Assembly (NCBI GenBank): GCA_963714015.1
Contig: OY970223.1
Span: 3,456,001-3,520,000, forward strand
Direction of reading: 5' to 3'
DNA from: Vulcanimicrobiota bacterium
GTDB lineage: Bacteria > Vulcanimicrobiota > Vulcanimicrobiia > Vulcanimicrobiales > Vulcanimicrobiaceae
Length of the DNA stretch: 64,000 nt
Within the stretch, counting starts at the first letter, position 1, and each line of letters begins with the position of its first letter. The notes beneath the pieces are model-generated. The model worked only from the letters and a program-made list of their open reading frames with translations, was not told where the DNA came from and ran no database searches. This document shows, piece after piece, positions 19,694-30,774 of this stretch. The position numbers were made by a program, and so were the translations under genes.

Positions 19694-21060
19694 GCCCGGG
19701 CTACGTCGGCACGAGTCGTGCGCAGGTTTCCGATGGCCAAACGCAGCGCGAAGCGTCCGTCAACCTTCGTGTGCGAGAGGAAGATCTCGCCGCTCGCGTT
19801 CGCGCTTTCCATGATTCGCTGGTTCATCGCATCCAGCGCCGCTTGCGCAATCCCCGCCGGCGCATAACGAAAACACACGACGGAGAACGGGTGCGGCGCG
19901 AGGATCTCCCAATCCGGCTCCGACGCAACCCACGACGCAAATTCCTGCGCGAGCCGGATATGGCCGCGAAGATGCTCGCGCAGTCCCTCGGCGCCGAAAT
20001 ACCGCAGCACGAACCACAGTTTCAGCGCGCGAAAGCGCCTGCCGAGCTGCAAGCCGTAATCCATGTAGTTGCGCACGGACTCTTCGGGCGTGCGCAGATA
20101 CTCGGGCACCAGGCTGAAGGTGCGGCGCAGCAGCTCGGGATCCCGCACGTAGAGCGCCGAGCAGTCCATCGGAACGAAAAGCCACTTGTGCGGATTGACC
20201 ACCAGCGAATCCGCAGCCTCGGCGCCCGCCAGCACCCAGCGAAACTCGGGCATGATCGCCGCGACGCCGGCGTATGCGGCGTCGACGTGAAACCAAACTC
20301 CCCGTTCCCGAGCGATCTCGCCGATCGATTCAAGCGGATCGCGCGAAGTCGTGGACGTCGTTCCGGCGGTTGCGACGATGCACATGGGGCGCATCCCCGC
20401 GCCGGCGTCCGCGTCGATCCGCGCGCGCAGGTCGTCCGGACGCATCCGGAACTCTGCATCACATGCGATCGGGACGACGTTTTCCCGTCCGATTCCAAGG
20501 GCGATGCACGCCTTTTCGATATGCGAATGCGTGTGCTCGGTGATATATACGCGGAGCTCGGGAAGATCGCGGCCGGTCATTCCATGCGCGCGAATTCCAA
20601 GGTCCAGCGCTTCTCGCGCGGCTGCCAGCGCGGTGAACCCGCCGATGGACGCCGTGTCGTAAATGATTCCGGTAAACGTTTCGGGCAGTCCCATTAGCCG
20701 CCGCAGCCAAGTCATGACCACTTCTTCCAATTCCGTCGCCGCCGGCGAAGTGCGCCAGAGCATCGCCTTGACGTCCAATGCAGCAGCGAGCGCTTCCGCA
20801 GCCACGCCCACCGGCGCCGCGCTGGTGGCAAAGTAGGCAAAAAAGCGCGGACTGTTCCAATGCGTGATTCCCGGCAGGATAACGCGTTCGAAATCCGCCA
20901 TCAGTCCGTCGAAGGATTCGGCCCCCTCCGGAGCCGTTTGCGGAAGCTGCGCGGCGATTTCGCCGGGCTGCGTCTGCGCAAGCACCGGGTACGCTATCTC
21001 TCCGGAGAGGTAGCGGTCGATCCAGGCGTTGACGGCGGCGAACTCGTCCGTATAAGTCAC
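19645..21060 (-). CDS. Group II PLP-dependent (aromatic-L-amino-acid-type) decarboxylase
   Basis: PGITHWNSPRFFAYF, SPAATELE, HVDAAYAG, NPHKW, LGRRFRALKLW. Confidence 0.92.
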   Translation of the reverse strand: MTYTDEFAAVNAWIDRYLSGEIAYPVLAQTQPGEIAAQLPQTAPEGAESFDGLMADFERVILPGITHWNSPRFFAYFATSAAPVGVAAEALAAALDVKAMLWRTSPAATELEEVVMTWLRRLMGLPETFTGIIYDTASIGGFTALAAAREALDLGIRAHGMTGRDLPELRVYITEHTHSHIEKACIALGIGRENVVPIACDAEFRMRPDDLRARIDADAGAGMRPMCIVATAGTTSTTSRDPLESIGEIARERGVWFHVDAAYAGVAAIMPEFRWVLAGAEAADSLVVNPHKWLFVPMDCSALYVRDPELLRRTFSLVPEYLRTPEESVRNYMDYGLQLGRRFRALKLWFVLRYFGAEGLREHLRGHIRLAQEFASWVASEPDWEILAPHPFSVVCFRYAPAGIAQAALDAMNQRIMESANASGEIFLSHTKVDGRFALRLAIGNLRTTRADVARAWEILRTAEVRAECAS

Positions 21061-21092
21061 GCCTATCCATACAACGGAGGAGTGCAGAGTTC

Positions 21093-21470
21093 ATGGCGCA
21101 AGCCGTACGTTCGCAGCAGGCGCCCGAGCCAATCGGGCCCTACAGCCAAGCCGTCAAGACGGGCGACGAGCTCTTTTGCAGCGGTCAGGTCGCCCTCGAT
21201 CCGCAGAGCGGCGAACTGGTCGGCAGCGATGCCGCCTCCCAAGCGCGTCAGGCGCTGCGCAACCTTGGCGCGGTTCTGGAAGCGGGCGGTTTCGGCTACG
21301 CCGACGTCGTCAAAACGACGATCTTCTTAGTCGATATGCACGACTTCGCCGCCGTGAACGAGGTCTACGCCGAATGTTTCGACGCCGTTAAACCGGCAAG
21401 GTCGACCGTAGCAGTCGCGGGATTGCCGAAAGGAGCCCGCGTCGAGATCGACGCGATCGCAAAGCGCTAG
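21093..21470 (+). CDS. ridA: RidA-family enamine/imine deaminase
   Basis: APEPIGPYSQA, SGQV, PARSTVAVAGLPKGARVEID. Confidence 0.92.
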   Translation: MAQAVRSQQAPEPIGPYSQAVKTGDELFCSGQVALDPQSGELVGSDAASQARQALRNLGAVLEAGGFGYADVVKTTIFLVDMHDFAAVNEVYAECFDAVKPARSTVAVAGLPKGARVEIDAIAKR

Positions 21471-21487
21471 CGTAACGGTACGCGCGA

Positions 21488-22676
21488 TCAGGGTTTCGCG
21501 GGCGGCGACGCAATCCGTCCGAGCGTTGCGAGCGATTCGCGCGCGAGGTCGCGGAACGTCGGCCAAATGTCTTGGGCTTCGGCCTGGCGATACTGGTCCT
21601 GCGCTTGCGCGTTCTGTCCCAGGCGGCGGTACGTTTCACCGAGCACGAAATGGAGTCGCCCGTCTTGCGGTGCGACGGCAAGTCCCTTGACTAGGGCGGC
21701 CTGCGCGAGTTGGTACAACCCGTGGTCGTCGTACGTCGTGCCCAGATCGATGTACGCTTCCGGTTGATACGGGTCGACGGTCATCGCCTGGACGTAATAC
21801 GCAATCGCCTTCTTCCAATCACCGCCGTCGTCTATGACGTTCCCCATGTTCACGAGAGCTTCCGCGCGCTCGGGTTCCAAGTTGCGCGCGACGGACAGCG
21901 CCTTTGCGGCATCCACGTCCTGGTGCATATCCAGGTACGTCGCTCCCATGTTCGTCCAGCAGTCGTAGTTGTAAGAGTCGTACAGCACGCACAGCTTGAA
22001 CTCGGTAATCGCTTCGTCGTCGGCGTGCTTGTCCTCGAGCGACATTCCCAGACCGTTGAGCGCGAAGAGCGAGCGCGGTTCGTAGTCGAGCACGCGCTGG
22101 AAGTACTGCATGGCCAGATCCGGCTGATTGATCGACTCGTACAGCTGCGCCAATTCCAGGATGGCCTCGTCGTCCCCAGGATAGTCGCGCACCATTTGTT
22201 GGCGTTCGCGTTTGTATTCGGGAAAGTCGCCCTTACGCAGATGCAGTTCCACCAGATTAGGAACGGAATCGGTGCCCGGCAGGCTGCGATTGAACTCTTG
22301 AATGGCGAGATCGATTTTGTTCTCGGTTGCGTACACGGATCCGAGGCGGCTGTGCGTCACTTTGTCGTTCGGCGCGTACTGCAGGATGCGTTGATACGAC
22401 GCTTGCGCCTGTTGAAGGTCGCCGTGACGAAAATAGAGATCGCCCAAGAGCCGTTCGGGTTCGGTATCCGTCGGGTGCGCCGCGACGAATGCAGCCGAGC
22501 TGCTTGAGTGCCCCGTCCAAATCGCCCGCGGCCACGCGCTCGCGAGCGGAGTCCATCGCCGACTGATCGGAAACCGTCGTTTGAGCCGGCCCGGCGGCAC
22601 AAATTCCCGGAGCCGCTACGATAACCCACAGAAGTGCGCCGGCCGCAAGGCCCGTCAAACGGCGCATGAAGATCAT
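21488..22676 (-). CDS. Secreted tetratricopeptide-repeat protein (frameshift near 22495)
   Basis: Signal peptide in ORF 22257..22676 joins a long TPR array in ORF 21488..22600. Confidence 0.82.
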
Positions 22677-22763
22677 CCTTTCAGGTCCATTCTATCGCGA
22701 AAGCGCTTAGGACGATAGCGTCGTGACCGAATGAGCGCGGCGCAAACTCGCGAAGCCATCCGC

Positions 22764-23066
22764 ATGAACACTGCGGAACTGGCTGCTTTGCTGGCGTCGT
22801 TCGTTTTCGGTGCCATTTTTGCGTTTATTTCGGCATTTCCCAGGAAAGCGCCGTCAGCCCGTCCGCCCCAGGCGAGCGAGCCCGCGATAACGTGGCCTGC
22901 GATGCTGGGGCTGGACGCGCGCTTGCGCATAGCGCTGGAGTTGGCGGCGCGGCAAGACCCGGCCGACATTCCGATGCTGCGGCAAGCCGTTTCCGAGGAG
23001 CAGGATCCCCGCATTCGCAGTCTTCTGGATCGGGCGTTGGCCCCGGTCATGGGTGAGCCCAAATGA
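22764..23066 (+). CDS. Small membrane-anchored protein with HEAT-like helices
   Basis: N-terminal TM segment, then IPMLRQAVSEEQDPRIR. ATGA-coupled to the next gene. Confidence 0.55.
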   Translation: MNTAELAALLASFVFGAIFAFISAFPRKAPSARPPQASEPAITWPAMLGLDARLRIALELAARQDPADIPMLRQAVSEEQDPRIRSLLDRALAPVMGEPK

Positions 23067-23509
23067 GCTCGCAGAGTTGGCTCGTGGTCGCGTTTGCCGG
23101 TACATCCGCCGGCGCCTATGCGGGAAATCTCGCCGCCGTCTTCTTCGGACGCCGCCGCATTACCGGACTGCCGTTCCCGGAGATCGTTACGGGCGGCGTC
23201 TTCTTCGCTGCGCAGCGCGGCTTTCCGAACGTCGAGCCGCTTACGATCCTTGCGGCGCTGTTTCTGACGATGGCCTGCGTGCAAATAGTTCGCGCTCGTG
23301 AAACGGCGGCGGACGCAAGGATACTGGCATTCGTTCCGCTCGCCGCGATGCTGCTGATCTGCATTCAGCAGATCTGTCCGCCGCAAACGGCCCCGCGATT
23401 GGAAGACGCGGTAGCGATTCTATTATGCGCCCCCGCGCCCGCGGCAGCAGTGTTCGGGCTAAGGAACCTTTACCTGGTACGAGAAGTCGCCTTCGATCGC
23501 GTTCGTTGA
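23063..23509 (+). CDS. Hypothetical multi-pass membrane protein
   Basis: Four to five hydrophobic segments. 3' end overlaps the convergent lectin gene. Confidence 0.5.
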   Translation: MSSQSWLVVAFAGTSAGAYAGNLAAVFFGRRRITGLPFPEIVTGGVFFAAQRGFPNVEPLTILAALFLTMACVQIVRARETAADARILAFVPLAAMLLICIQQICPPQTAPRLEDAVAILLCAPAPAAAVFGLRNLYLVREVAFDRVR

Positions 23510-25273
23510 ACTCGCGGGAGCGACTGCGTTCTTCAGCGTCCAGTCCAGCAGCGTCCCTTGACCTTGGAGCGAGGAAGCAAAGGCCGCGCTATTTGCCGAC
23601 GTTGGATTGGAGCAGCACGTGAACGCTTGCGTGCCGCTTTGATATATATAGTTCGGCGAAAGGAGATCTTCAAGAGCGGGTCCGCCCGAGCATGTTCCGC
23701 CGCCGCTCGCCGAACCGCACGCGTTTGCGTGCCGGTATTCGAAAAATAGACAGTGTACGTAACCAGATCGCCCGGATCGATGTTGGTCGTGGACGCGGTG
23801 CCGCTCAGGCCGGGCGAGCTTCCCGGATCGGGCGTCGGCGTAATCGTCTGCGGCGTGGAGTTGCCGTAGGAACGGACGATCTGCGTGATGCGTTTCCAAA
23901 TCGACATGAAGGGCGAGGCGGCGCCCACGTCGACGCTGTCGGTCGAACAGTCGGTGTAAGTTGCGCCGGTCGCGCTATACATGTCCGCGGAATAGACGCA
24001 GGCGGTATTGGCAATGACGCCGTTCGAGGTCGGTTTGACGGTCAAGGTGATCGCCGGAAGCGCGGTTCCGCTCGAGACGCCGGCAGGGTACGTGCATTGC
24101 ACCGGTGAGGCGGAATTGCACGTCCAGCCGCTCCCCGAGACGCTTACGAAGGTCTCTTTCGCCGGCAGCGTATCGGTCACGTAGATCGTCTGATCCGCGT
24201 TTCCGCCGCTGTTGTTCACGCCCGCTTGGATCGTGTACGCCTCGTTAGTGTTCCGGGTGAACGGCCCGTCGTGCTGTTTGGTAATCGTGAGATCCGGCGG
24301 GGCGTTATTCGCCACGAAGTTGCGGACTTCGTGAATGTCGTTTGCGCCTCCGGTGGACGCGGCCCAGCCGAATTTGAACGTCGGAGGGAATGCGGGTTGA
24401 CCGGCGATCGCGCTCAAATTCGTCGCGGGAATGACGTTTTGATAAGTCGCCCCCGTGCCGTTGGGATCCATGTCGACGGTAAGCACGTTCGAGGTGGAAA
24501 GAATGATCCGCACGCGAACTGCCGTCGGACGCGAAGTGCTCGAGTTGTTCGTCATGGTGAAGGGGAGCGATGATGCGACTCCGCCGCTCAAATATCCGGT
24601 AACGTAGTCGTACGACGTCGAAGCCGCGCCGCGCAGCGCGACGGTTTCGGAGACTTGCCCGGGGCCGCCAACTCGTCCCTCGGTGGGATTGGAGTAGTTG
24701 CCGTACGAATCGAAGCCGACGCCGACGAACCCGCCGACCAACCCCGGCGCGTCGCAGCAGCCCGTTCCGGATTTTTGCGCGTAGCCCAGCGATCCGCCGT
24801 TTGCGCCGGCGACCGTGGGTGAGTACGATCCGTCGATCAAAAAGAACGAGATGCCGTCGGCGCCCGTCCCGTTGTACATGAACATGTCGAAGATGACTTC
24901 GAGGCCCTGCAATTCGTTGAGCGACGTATTGTAGATCACGAAACCCGACTGATTGCCGCTGTTGTTCGTCAGGCGCAGCGCGCCGCTTCCCGACGTGTCG
25001 ATCGCGGGGCTCTGACATCCCGGAATTATCCCCGGCTGTGGCGACGGAGGCGGCGTGGCCGCAGTCAAACACGGAAACGCGCTGCTTCCGGTCGTACCGT
25101 AAATGAATCCGGGCGCCGCGCCGGTCATGAAAACTCGTTTGAAAGATCTGCGGCGGCGAGGTTGGCGCCGGCGTCGCCGCGATCGCGGGCATGCTGCCGA
25201 ACGGCGAACGTCCGAGCGCACAGGCACAGAAGAGGGCGGCGCCAAAAATCCCGGCCGCCGCGAGGCGGCGCAC
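23459..25273 (-). CDS. Secreted L-type (legume/ConA-like) lectin + two DUF11-like domains, putative tip adhesin (frameshifts near 25131 and 23730)
   Basis: Signal peptide. Lectin motifs GALRLT, GADGISFFL, GGSLGY, GVGFDSYGN, FGWAASTGGANDIHEV. DUF11 PDLTITK..VTDTLP..IANTA. Ends FSYQVKVP. Confidence 0.8.
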
Positions 25274-28200
25274 TATTTATTTCCCCAGCCGAAAATGCGA
25301 TCGACCAGAGTGGTCACGATCACGTAAAAGCCTCGATGCACGGCCTGACCCGTGAGCGTTGGATCGACGCTTCCCCGGAAGGAGTATCCGACCGCGGCGC
25401 GGGTGCCTTGACCGATGGCGTAGCCCGCTTCGGCCGCCAAGTCCGACGATTGAGCTGCCCGCAACGCCGGGAACGGCGAGGGTTCGAAACTCGGCGCCCA
25501 AGTCCGCGCGGCGGGAAACGTTCTTGCGCACGCGCAGTCCGAAAAGCGACGTATGCGCGACGTAGGTTCCATCGCCGTCCAATTTGTATGCGGCGCGTCC
25601 TGCAACCTCGATGCCCCATCCCGGACGCCAGAACTGTTCGAAGGAAAGCACGTCCGTCTGCGTGCCGGCGGAGATCGCGCCGGTTCCGCTCATACGGTCC
25701 CATCCGAAGAGTGAGATGAAACGATCGTTTTCATCGGGGCGAAATGCGAGCGAGAATCGATCGTCGGCGGACGTGACGCCGCCTGCCGTTGCTTGCTGAA
25801 TTGCCGCGACGGCGGAGACGTTGGGCGATACCGATCCTGCTAGGCCGGCGTCGATCGTGCTGCCGCCGCCGAGACCGCCGCGCGTTTGAAATGCCAGTCC
25901 ACCGCGCAGTTTGTCCGAGTTCGAGTAGGCCAGCGAGAATCCGGAAACCGAGAAACCGCCGGCGCCCGGGCCGGTCGCGTTGGCCGACTGCACGAAGAAA
26001 TTTCCCGCCAAGTGCGATGAAAGTTTGATCTTCTGCTGCACTCCGAGTGCGGAATAGATGTTCTCGCCGCTGCCGGTCTGATCGAGCAAATACTCGGAAC
26101 TAACCGTGGTGTCGCTGCCGATGGCGCGTTCGACGCCGATCGCGGTCGATCGCGTCGCCATTGCGCCGACCGTCAGATCGGAGGAAGACTGCGCAAAGCT
26201 CGCCACCGGCGCTCCGCTGATCAATTCCCGGATGAAGAGACGTCCCCGGGCGTCCATGTCGTAGTTCAGTCTGCGCCGTTGTTTCGTCCGGCTGCGTGGT
26301 GTCCTGATCGTTGCCGGTGACGGTCATCGATCGCTGCACCGTCAGTGAAACGCGCGAACCGGCTTTGACGTCGACGCCCGCGACGGCCTGCGTATTCGTT
26401 CCGCTCGCCGTACCAAGTGTGGGCGCCGGGGAGGACTGCCCGGCTTGTGCAAGCGAGACGTTGCTCTGCGTGTGCGAAGCTCAGCCCAAGCAGAACGGTC
26501 GCCGCCGAGCCGATCGCGTGCCGCCAATTGACCGATTCGGAGCGCTGCGCATCGGAGATGCCCAAGCCATGGTTCATCTGTCCGTCGAACTCAACCGCCA
26601 GGTTGTCGTTCTTGGGATCGCTGTGCGCCCACGCGGCACGGTACGAGGTGAAGCCGGGTACCGAGAGGCCGCCGAACGGATTGGCAAAGCCCGCAGAGGT
26701 GTCGGTAAAGTTGAGCGCCGTCTGATCCGAACCGGTCTTTTGGTTGTACTGAAACGCGAGTGCATCACCGCCGTTTCCGGGCGTCAGTTGCGAGGTAACG
26801 ATTCCAGGCGCAACACCGCTGCTCGAAGAGTGCGAGAGCGTCCAGCCGCCGCCGTTCACTTGACCGCTGAGCGTTTGGGAGAAGAGCGCAAAATTGTTCG
26901 ATCCCGTTGCGTCGTTCACGTAGCCGGCTTGGAGCCGCATGCTTTGCTGCGGCCCGAAATCTGCATGCACTACCGCGCCCGTCGTTTGCGAAGCGGTCGA
27001 AGGCCCCTGGTAAGCGTACTGCACGAGCACCGATTGCGGATTGAAATTATCGTCGAACGGCAACGGCACGTTGATGAAGCGCAGTACGCCCGTCGCGTAG
27101 TCGATGGTGTAGTCGACGTTGCGCTCCAGCGGCGTTTGGGAAACGACGCCTCCGGTGCGGCGATCGAGCGCAACCAGCGTCAGATAGTCGGAACCTACGA
27201 CGATGCCGGCGTGCAGCGGCTGCGCGAGCATCGAGAGCCCGCTCGCGGGAAAGACGAGTGAAACATAAGCCGTCGTATTCTTGGCCGTAAAAAGTTCCGC
27301 TTTTGCCGCGCCGCCCGGCATCGTATATCCCGCTTTGGCGCCCCCGAGCAGCTCGTGAAACGATCCCACGCCCGACGCATCCGGTATGTCTTCGTTGAAC
27401 TGTCCCAGCGTCAGATTGCTGCGTCCGGAATCTAGACGCGCAAACAGGCGCGTGTCGGAGTGGAAGTCGCTGGAGAGCGTCGAGGAATCGCCGTAAGTGA
27501 GATAAGGGCGCTCGTTCGGATCGTCGACGAACGGCCCATACGAAGACACGGGCGAGAGACGATTCTGCGACTCGTACGCGAGCGTCAAACTGCTCTGTTT
27601 GCCGACGCGTCCTTGCGCAAATAGCCCGATGCGTCCACGCCGGGCGCCGCCCTCGTCCGCCACGCCGTCGCCGTCCACCGTAATCGGCACGGCGCCCGCA
27701 CCGGCCGCAACGATTCCATTCACGAACGGCTTGCGCAAATACGGCTGCACGAAAAACGTCTGACTCTGCTCGATGTCGCCGCACGTAAGCTGAACCCGGA
27801 CGTCGCCGGCGAGCATGCCGGGAACGATTGGAACGGTTGCGCCTCCGCCAACGTCGAGCGAGATGTCGGAAAGGTGCGAGGGATCCGGCTGAGCCCCCGG
27901 CGTGCCGTCAGGCGGGGGCGATGCGCTGCTGAAAGGTTCGGGCGTCGGAAGCAGCGGCTTTTGAGACGTGGCGACGATAGTCGTCGCGGGATTGGAGAAG
28001 TGCGCTTCTCCCTCGGTGATTGCAATGTGAATGTCGGAACCGGGCTGCGCGGGGTGCCCCCAGCGATCGAGCGCGGTGATCGAGAGCGAGCGCGGCGTGC
28101 GTCCGTCCGCGACGAGCGGGCTATCGAGCTGCGCGCGCAAACTCGCCGGAACGCCTGGGCCGTAGATCGTGGCTCGCACCTGGGGGCCGCGCGCGCCGTT

Positions 28201-28596
28201 CAATCCCACCGGCGTAATCGTCACGTCGTTCGGGCCCGGTTTGAGCACGACGCCGTAATACTCGTACTGCGTCGCTCCCGATTTCACCGCGACGACGCGT
28301 TTGCCGATCTTGCTCGACGGCACGACTTCGCCGTCAATCTTCAGTTCCACGCCCGCGTCTCGCACCGTCGAGAGCACGAAGCGAACGGCGATGGTCGGGC
28401 TTGCGAATCCGTCGCTGGGAAAAACGAACGCTGCGTGCAGCGCCCCGGTTGCAGTGTACGTCAGGTGCGAGAGATCGCCGTAGACCGTCTTGTTGACGCC
28501 TGAATCGGCGCGCGTGAAAAGCACGCCGCAAAGCACAAACGTCGCTCCGACCAACACGAGCCCCGCATGCCGCAGCGCAGAGGCAAGACGCATCAT
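25273..28596 (-). CDS. Large outer-membrane beta-barrel protein with N-terminal Ig-like domains (about 3 frameshifts)
   Basis: Signal peptide, Ig-like N-domain (LKPGPNDVTI), YLTYGDSS and LERNVDYTIDYATGVLRF motifs, then a long amphipathic strand array ending GYSF...GFYVIVTT. Overlap-coupled to both neighbours. Confidence 0.78.
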
Positions 28597-30753
28597 GGTC
28601 CGCTCTCCACTGCGAAATTCACGTCCTGCATCAACCCGTCGTCAAAAATGCCATGCACCAACTGCTGGGCTTGGACGGGGTGAACGATTCCCGGCAGCGT
28701 TGTGAGGTCCAGCCGCAGCACGTGTTCGCCGGGGCGCACGCCCGGGAACGAAAAGCGCCCTTGACGATCCGTAGTGACGGACGATCCGTCTTCGAGATAG
28801 ATCCGGACGTTCTCAACGCCGCGGTCGCCGTAAGTGAAATGCCCGGTCTTGCGTTCGTCCAAAAAGACGCGGCCCGTGATGATGGAGCGATCGGTGAAGG
28901 CACCGGAGATCACCTGAACCGTTGCGGTCGCACTTGCCGTGGTCTGCGCCTGCGTGGCAGGCACACCGGCTTCAACCGTCACCGTATTGGCAAGTGACGT
29001 GTTCGCGGAAACGCTGGGATAGACGACGGCGTAATAGGTTATCGTATGACTCTCGCCGGCTGCAAGTCCCGAACGCGTCCATATCAGCGTATTTCCTTGA
29101 ACGCTCGGTTCGAGCGGCGCGCCGTCGAGTTTTGCCGTTCCGGAAGCGTACACCAATCCCGGCGGCATCACGTCGACAATCTTCACGGCCCCCAGCGGCG
29201 CGTGCGATTGATTGGAGAAACCTACCGTGTATCCAACCCGATCGCCCGCTTCCACGACTTGGCGATCGACGGTCTTCTGCACCTGAATCGTGCGCGTCGA
29301 GAAAAGCGGCAGATTGCCGAACAAGCCGAAGACGTTCTGAAGCTGCACGGAGTTGCTGGTAAGCGCATAACCTCCGGCAATCGCGAGCGGTTGGCCGTCC
29401 AGCGCGGTAGCGCGCACGTCGTAAAGCAGGCTCTGTTCGTCGAGCCTGATGTCGAGCTGAATGCGCCGGTTCAGATATCCCGGCGCGTTGATGAGCAGGT
29501 AAAAGCGCGAACCGGCCGATGCGATTTGCGCAGGCTGCAGCGCAAAACCGTACGTGCCGTTCGTCCCCGTGACGACCGGGTTCTGCGTCCCCGGCGTCTG
29601 CGAGCCGCCGGATTGCGTCTTTGAAGATCCCGATTCTCCCGAGTTCAGATTCACGGGACTCCCCGCGGAGTCGAGCAGCGTCACGACCGCTCCGGAGACC
29701 GGCATCCCGGCGCCGCCGTAGCCGTCGAATACCACGTTGGTCGAACCGAGCAGCACGGACGCGGGCGTCGTCGTAATCGGCGTGATGCCGTCCGCGGCGA
29801 TCGTGGCGACGTTCACGAACGTCGCTCCAAGGGACTGTTCATTCTGCACGACGGCGTTGAACGAAAAATCCAACTGCGCGCCGGGGCCGACTGACGGGAC
29901 TTTCAGCGTTGATGGTCTGGCCGGAAAGGGACGCTTCCGATCCGGCAGGCTGGCCGTTGACTTCGGCGCTGGAGAGTACCGGCGCAAGACCTTGCGGCAC
30001 GGCGTCGCTGACGATCACGCCGGTTGCCGCCGATCCGCCCGAGTTTTCGGCCGTCACGTCAAACGTCACGGTCGATCCGCCGCCGGACTGCACGCTGACC
30101 TGGTGGTCGACCGTCTTTGTAACCTTCGTGTCGGCGCCGCCCGGGCCGTTGAGCGATGCGCCTGCGGCGATCGCGATCCACGCCTCTCCCGTGTCGCTCT
30201 GCAGCCCGTTCGACGTACCGCTTGCGGTGGTTTGGGCGCTAAGCGTCACTTCGATAGCGATTGCCCGATCGCCAGTCCGTTTGTGACGACCGTCACCCGA
30301 ACCGCGATCGTTCCGCCGGCCGGCACCATCGGCGAAATGGAGGATCCCACGGCGATCGGGAGCGGTCCGCCGGGGGTGATGAAGACCAGAGATGCGATCT
30401 TTCCCGCCGAGACGTTTGCCGCAGTAATGCGGTACGCATCCGTGATGTTGCTCGTATTGGAAATCGTGAACGTGCGTACGGCGCTCTGTCCCTGCGGCAC
30501 TGCGTCCGCGGGCGCGGCTTTGCTTTCCTTCGGCGAGACGACGATCGAGCCGACTTGTGCGACGGTACTGTCGATATCGGTTCGATTCGGTCACGTACGT
30601 GCGGCCTTCGCGGTCCTGAAACGTGGCCGTGGCAGCGTTAATCAGCACCGTTCCGCCCGGCGTAGAAGACGCTGCGCCGTGTCCGCTCGCTGCAAGCACG
30701 AACAAGAACACGGCGCACGCTGTCGATGGCCCTCTGCGGCGAAGGCGATTCAC
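28593..30753 (-). CDS. Secreted multi-DUF11 protein with C-terminal Cna-B/SdrD-B-like domain, putative base/anchor subunit (about 3 frameshifts)
   Basis: Signal peptide, TPGGTVLINAATATF N-terminal strand, two complete DUF11 domains, C-terminal IITGRVFLD...TTDRQGRFSF...LDLTTLP. Confidence 0.78.
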
Positions 30754-30774
30754 GACTCTCCGTTAGACCGCGAT

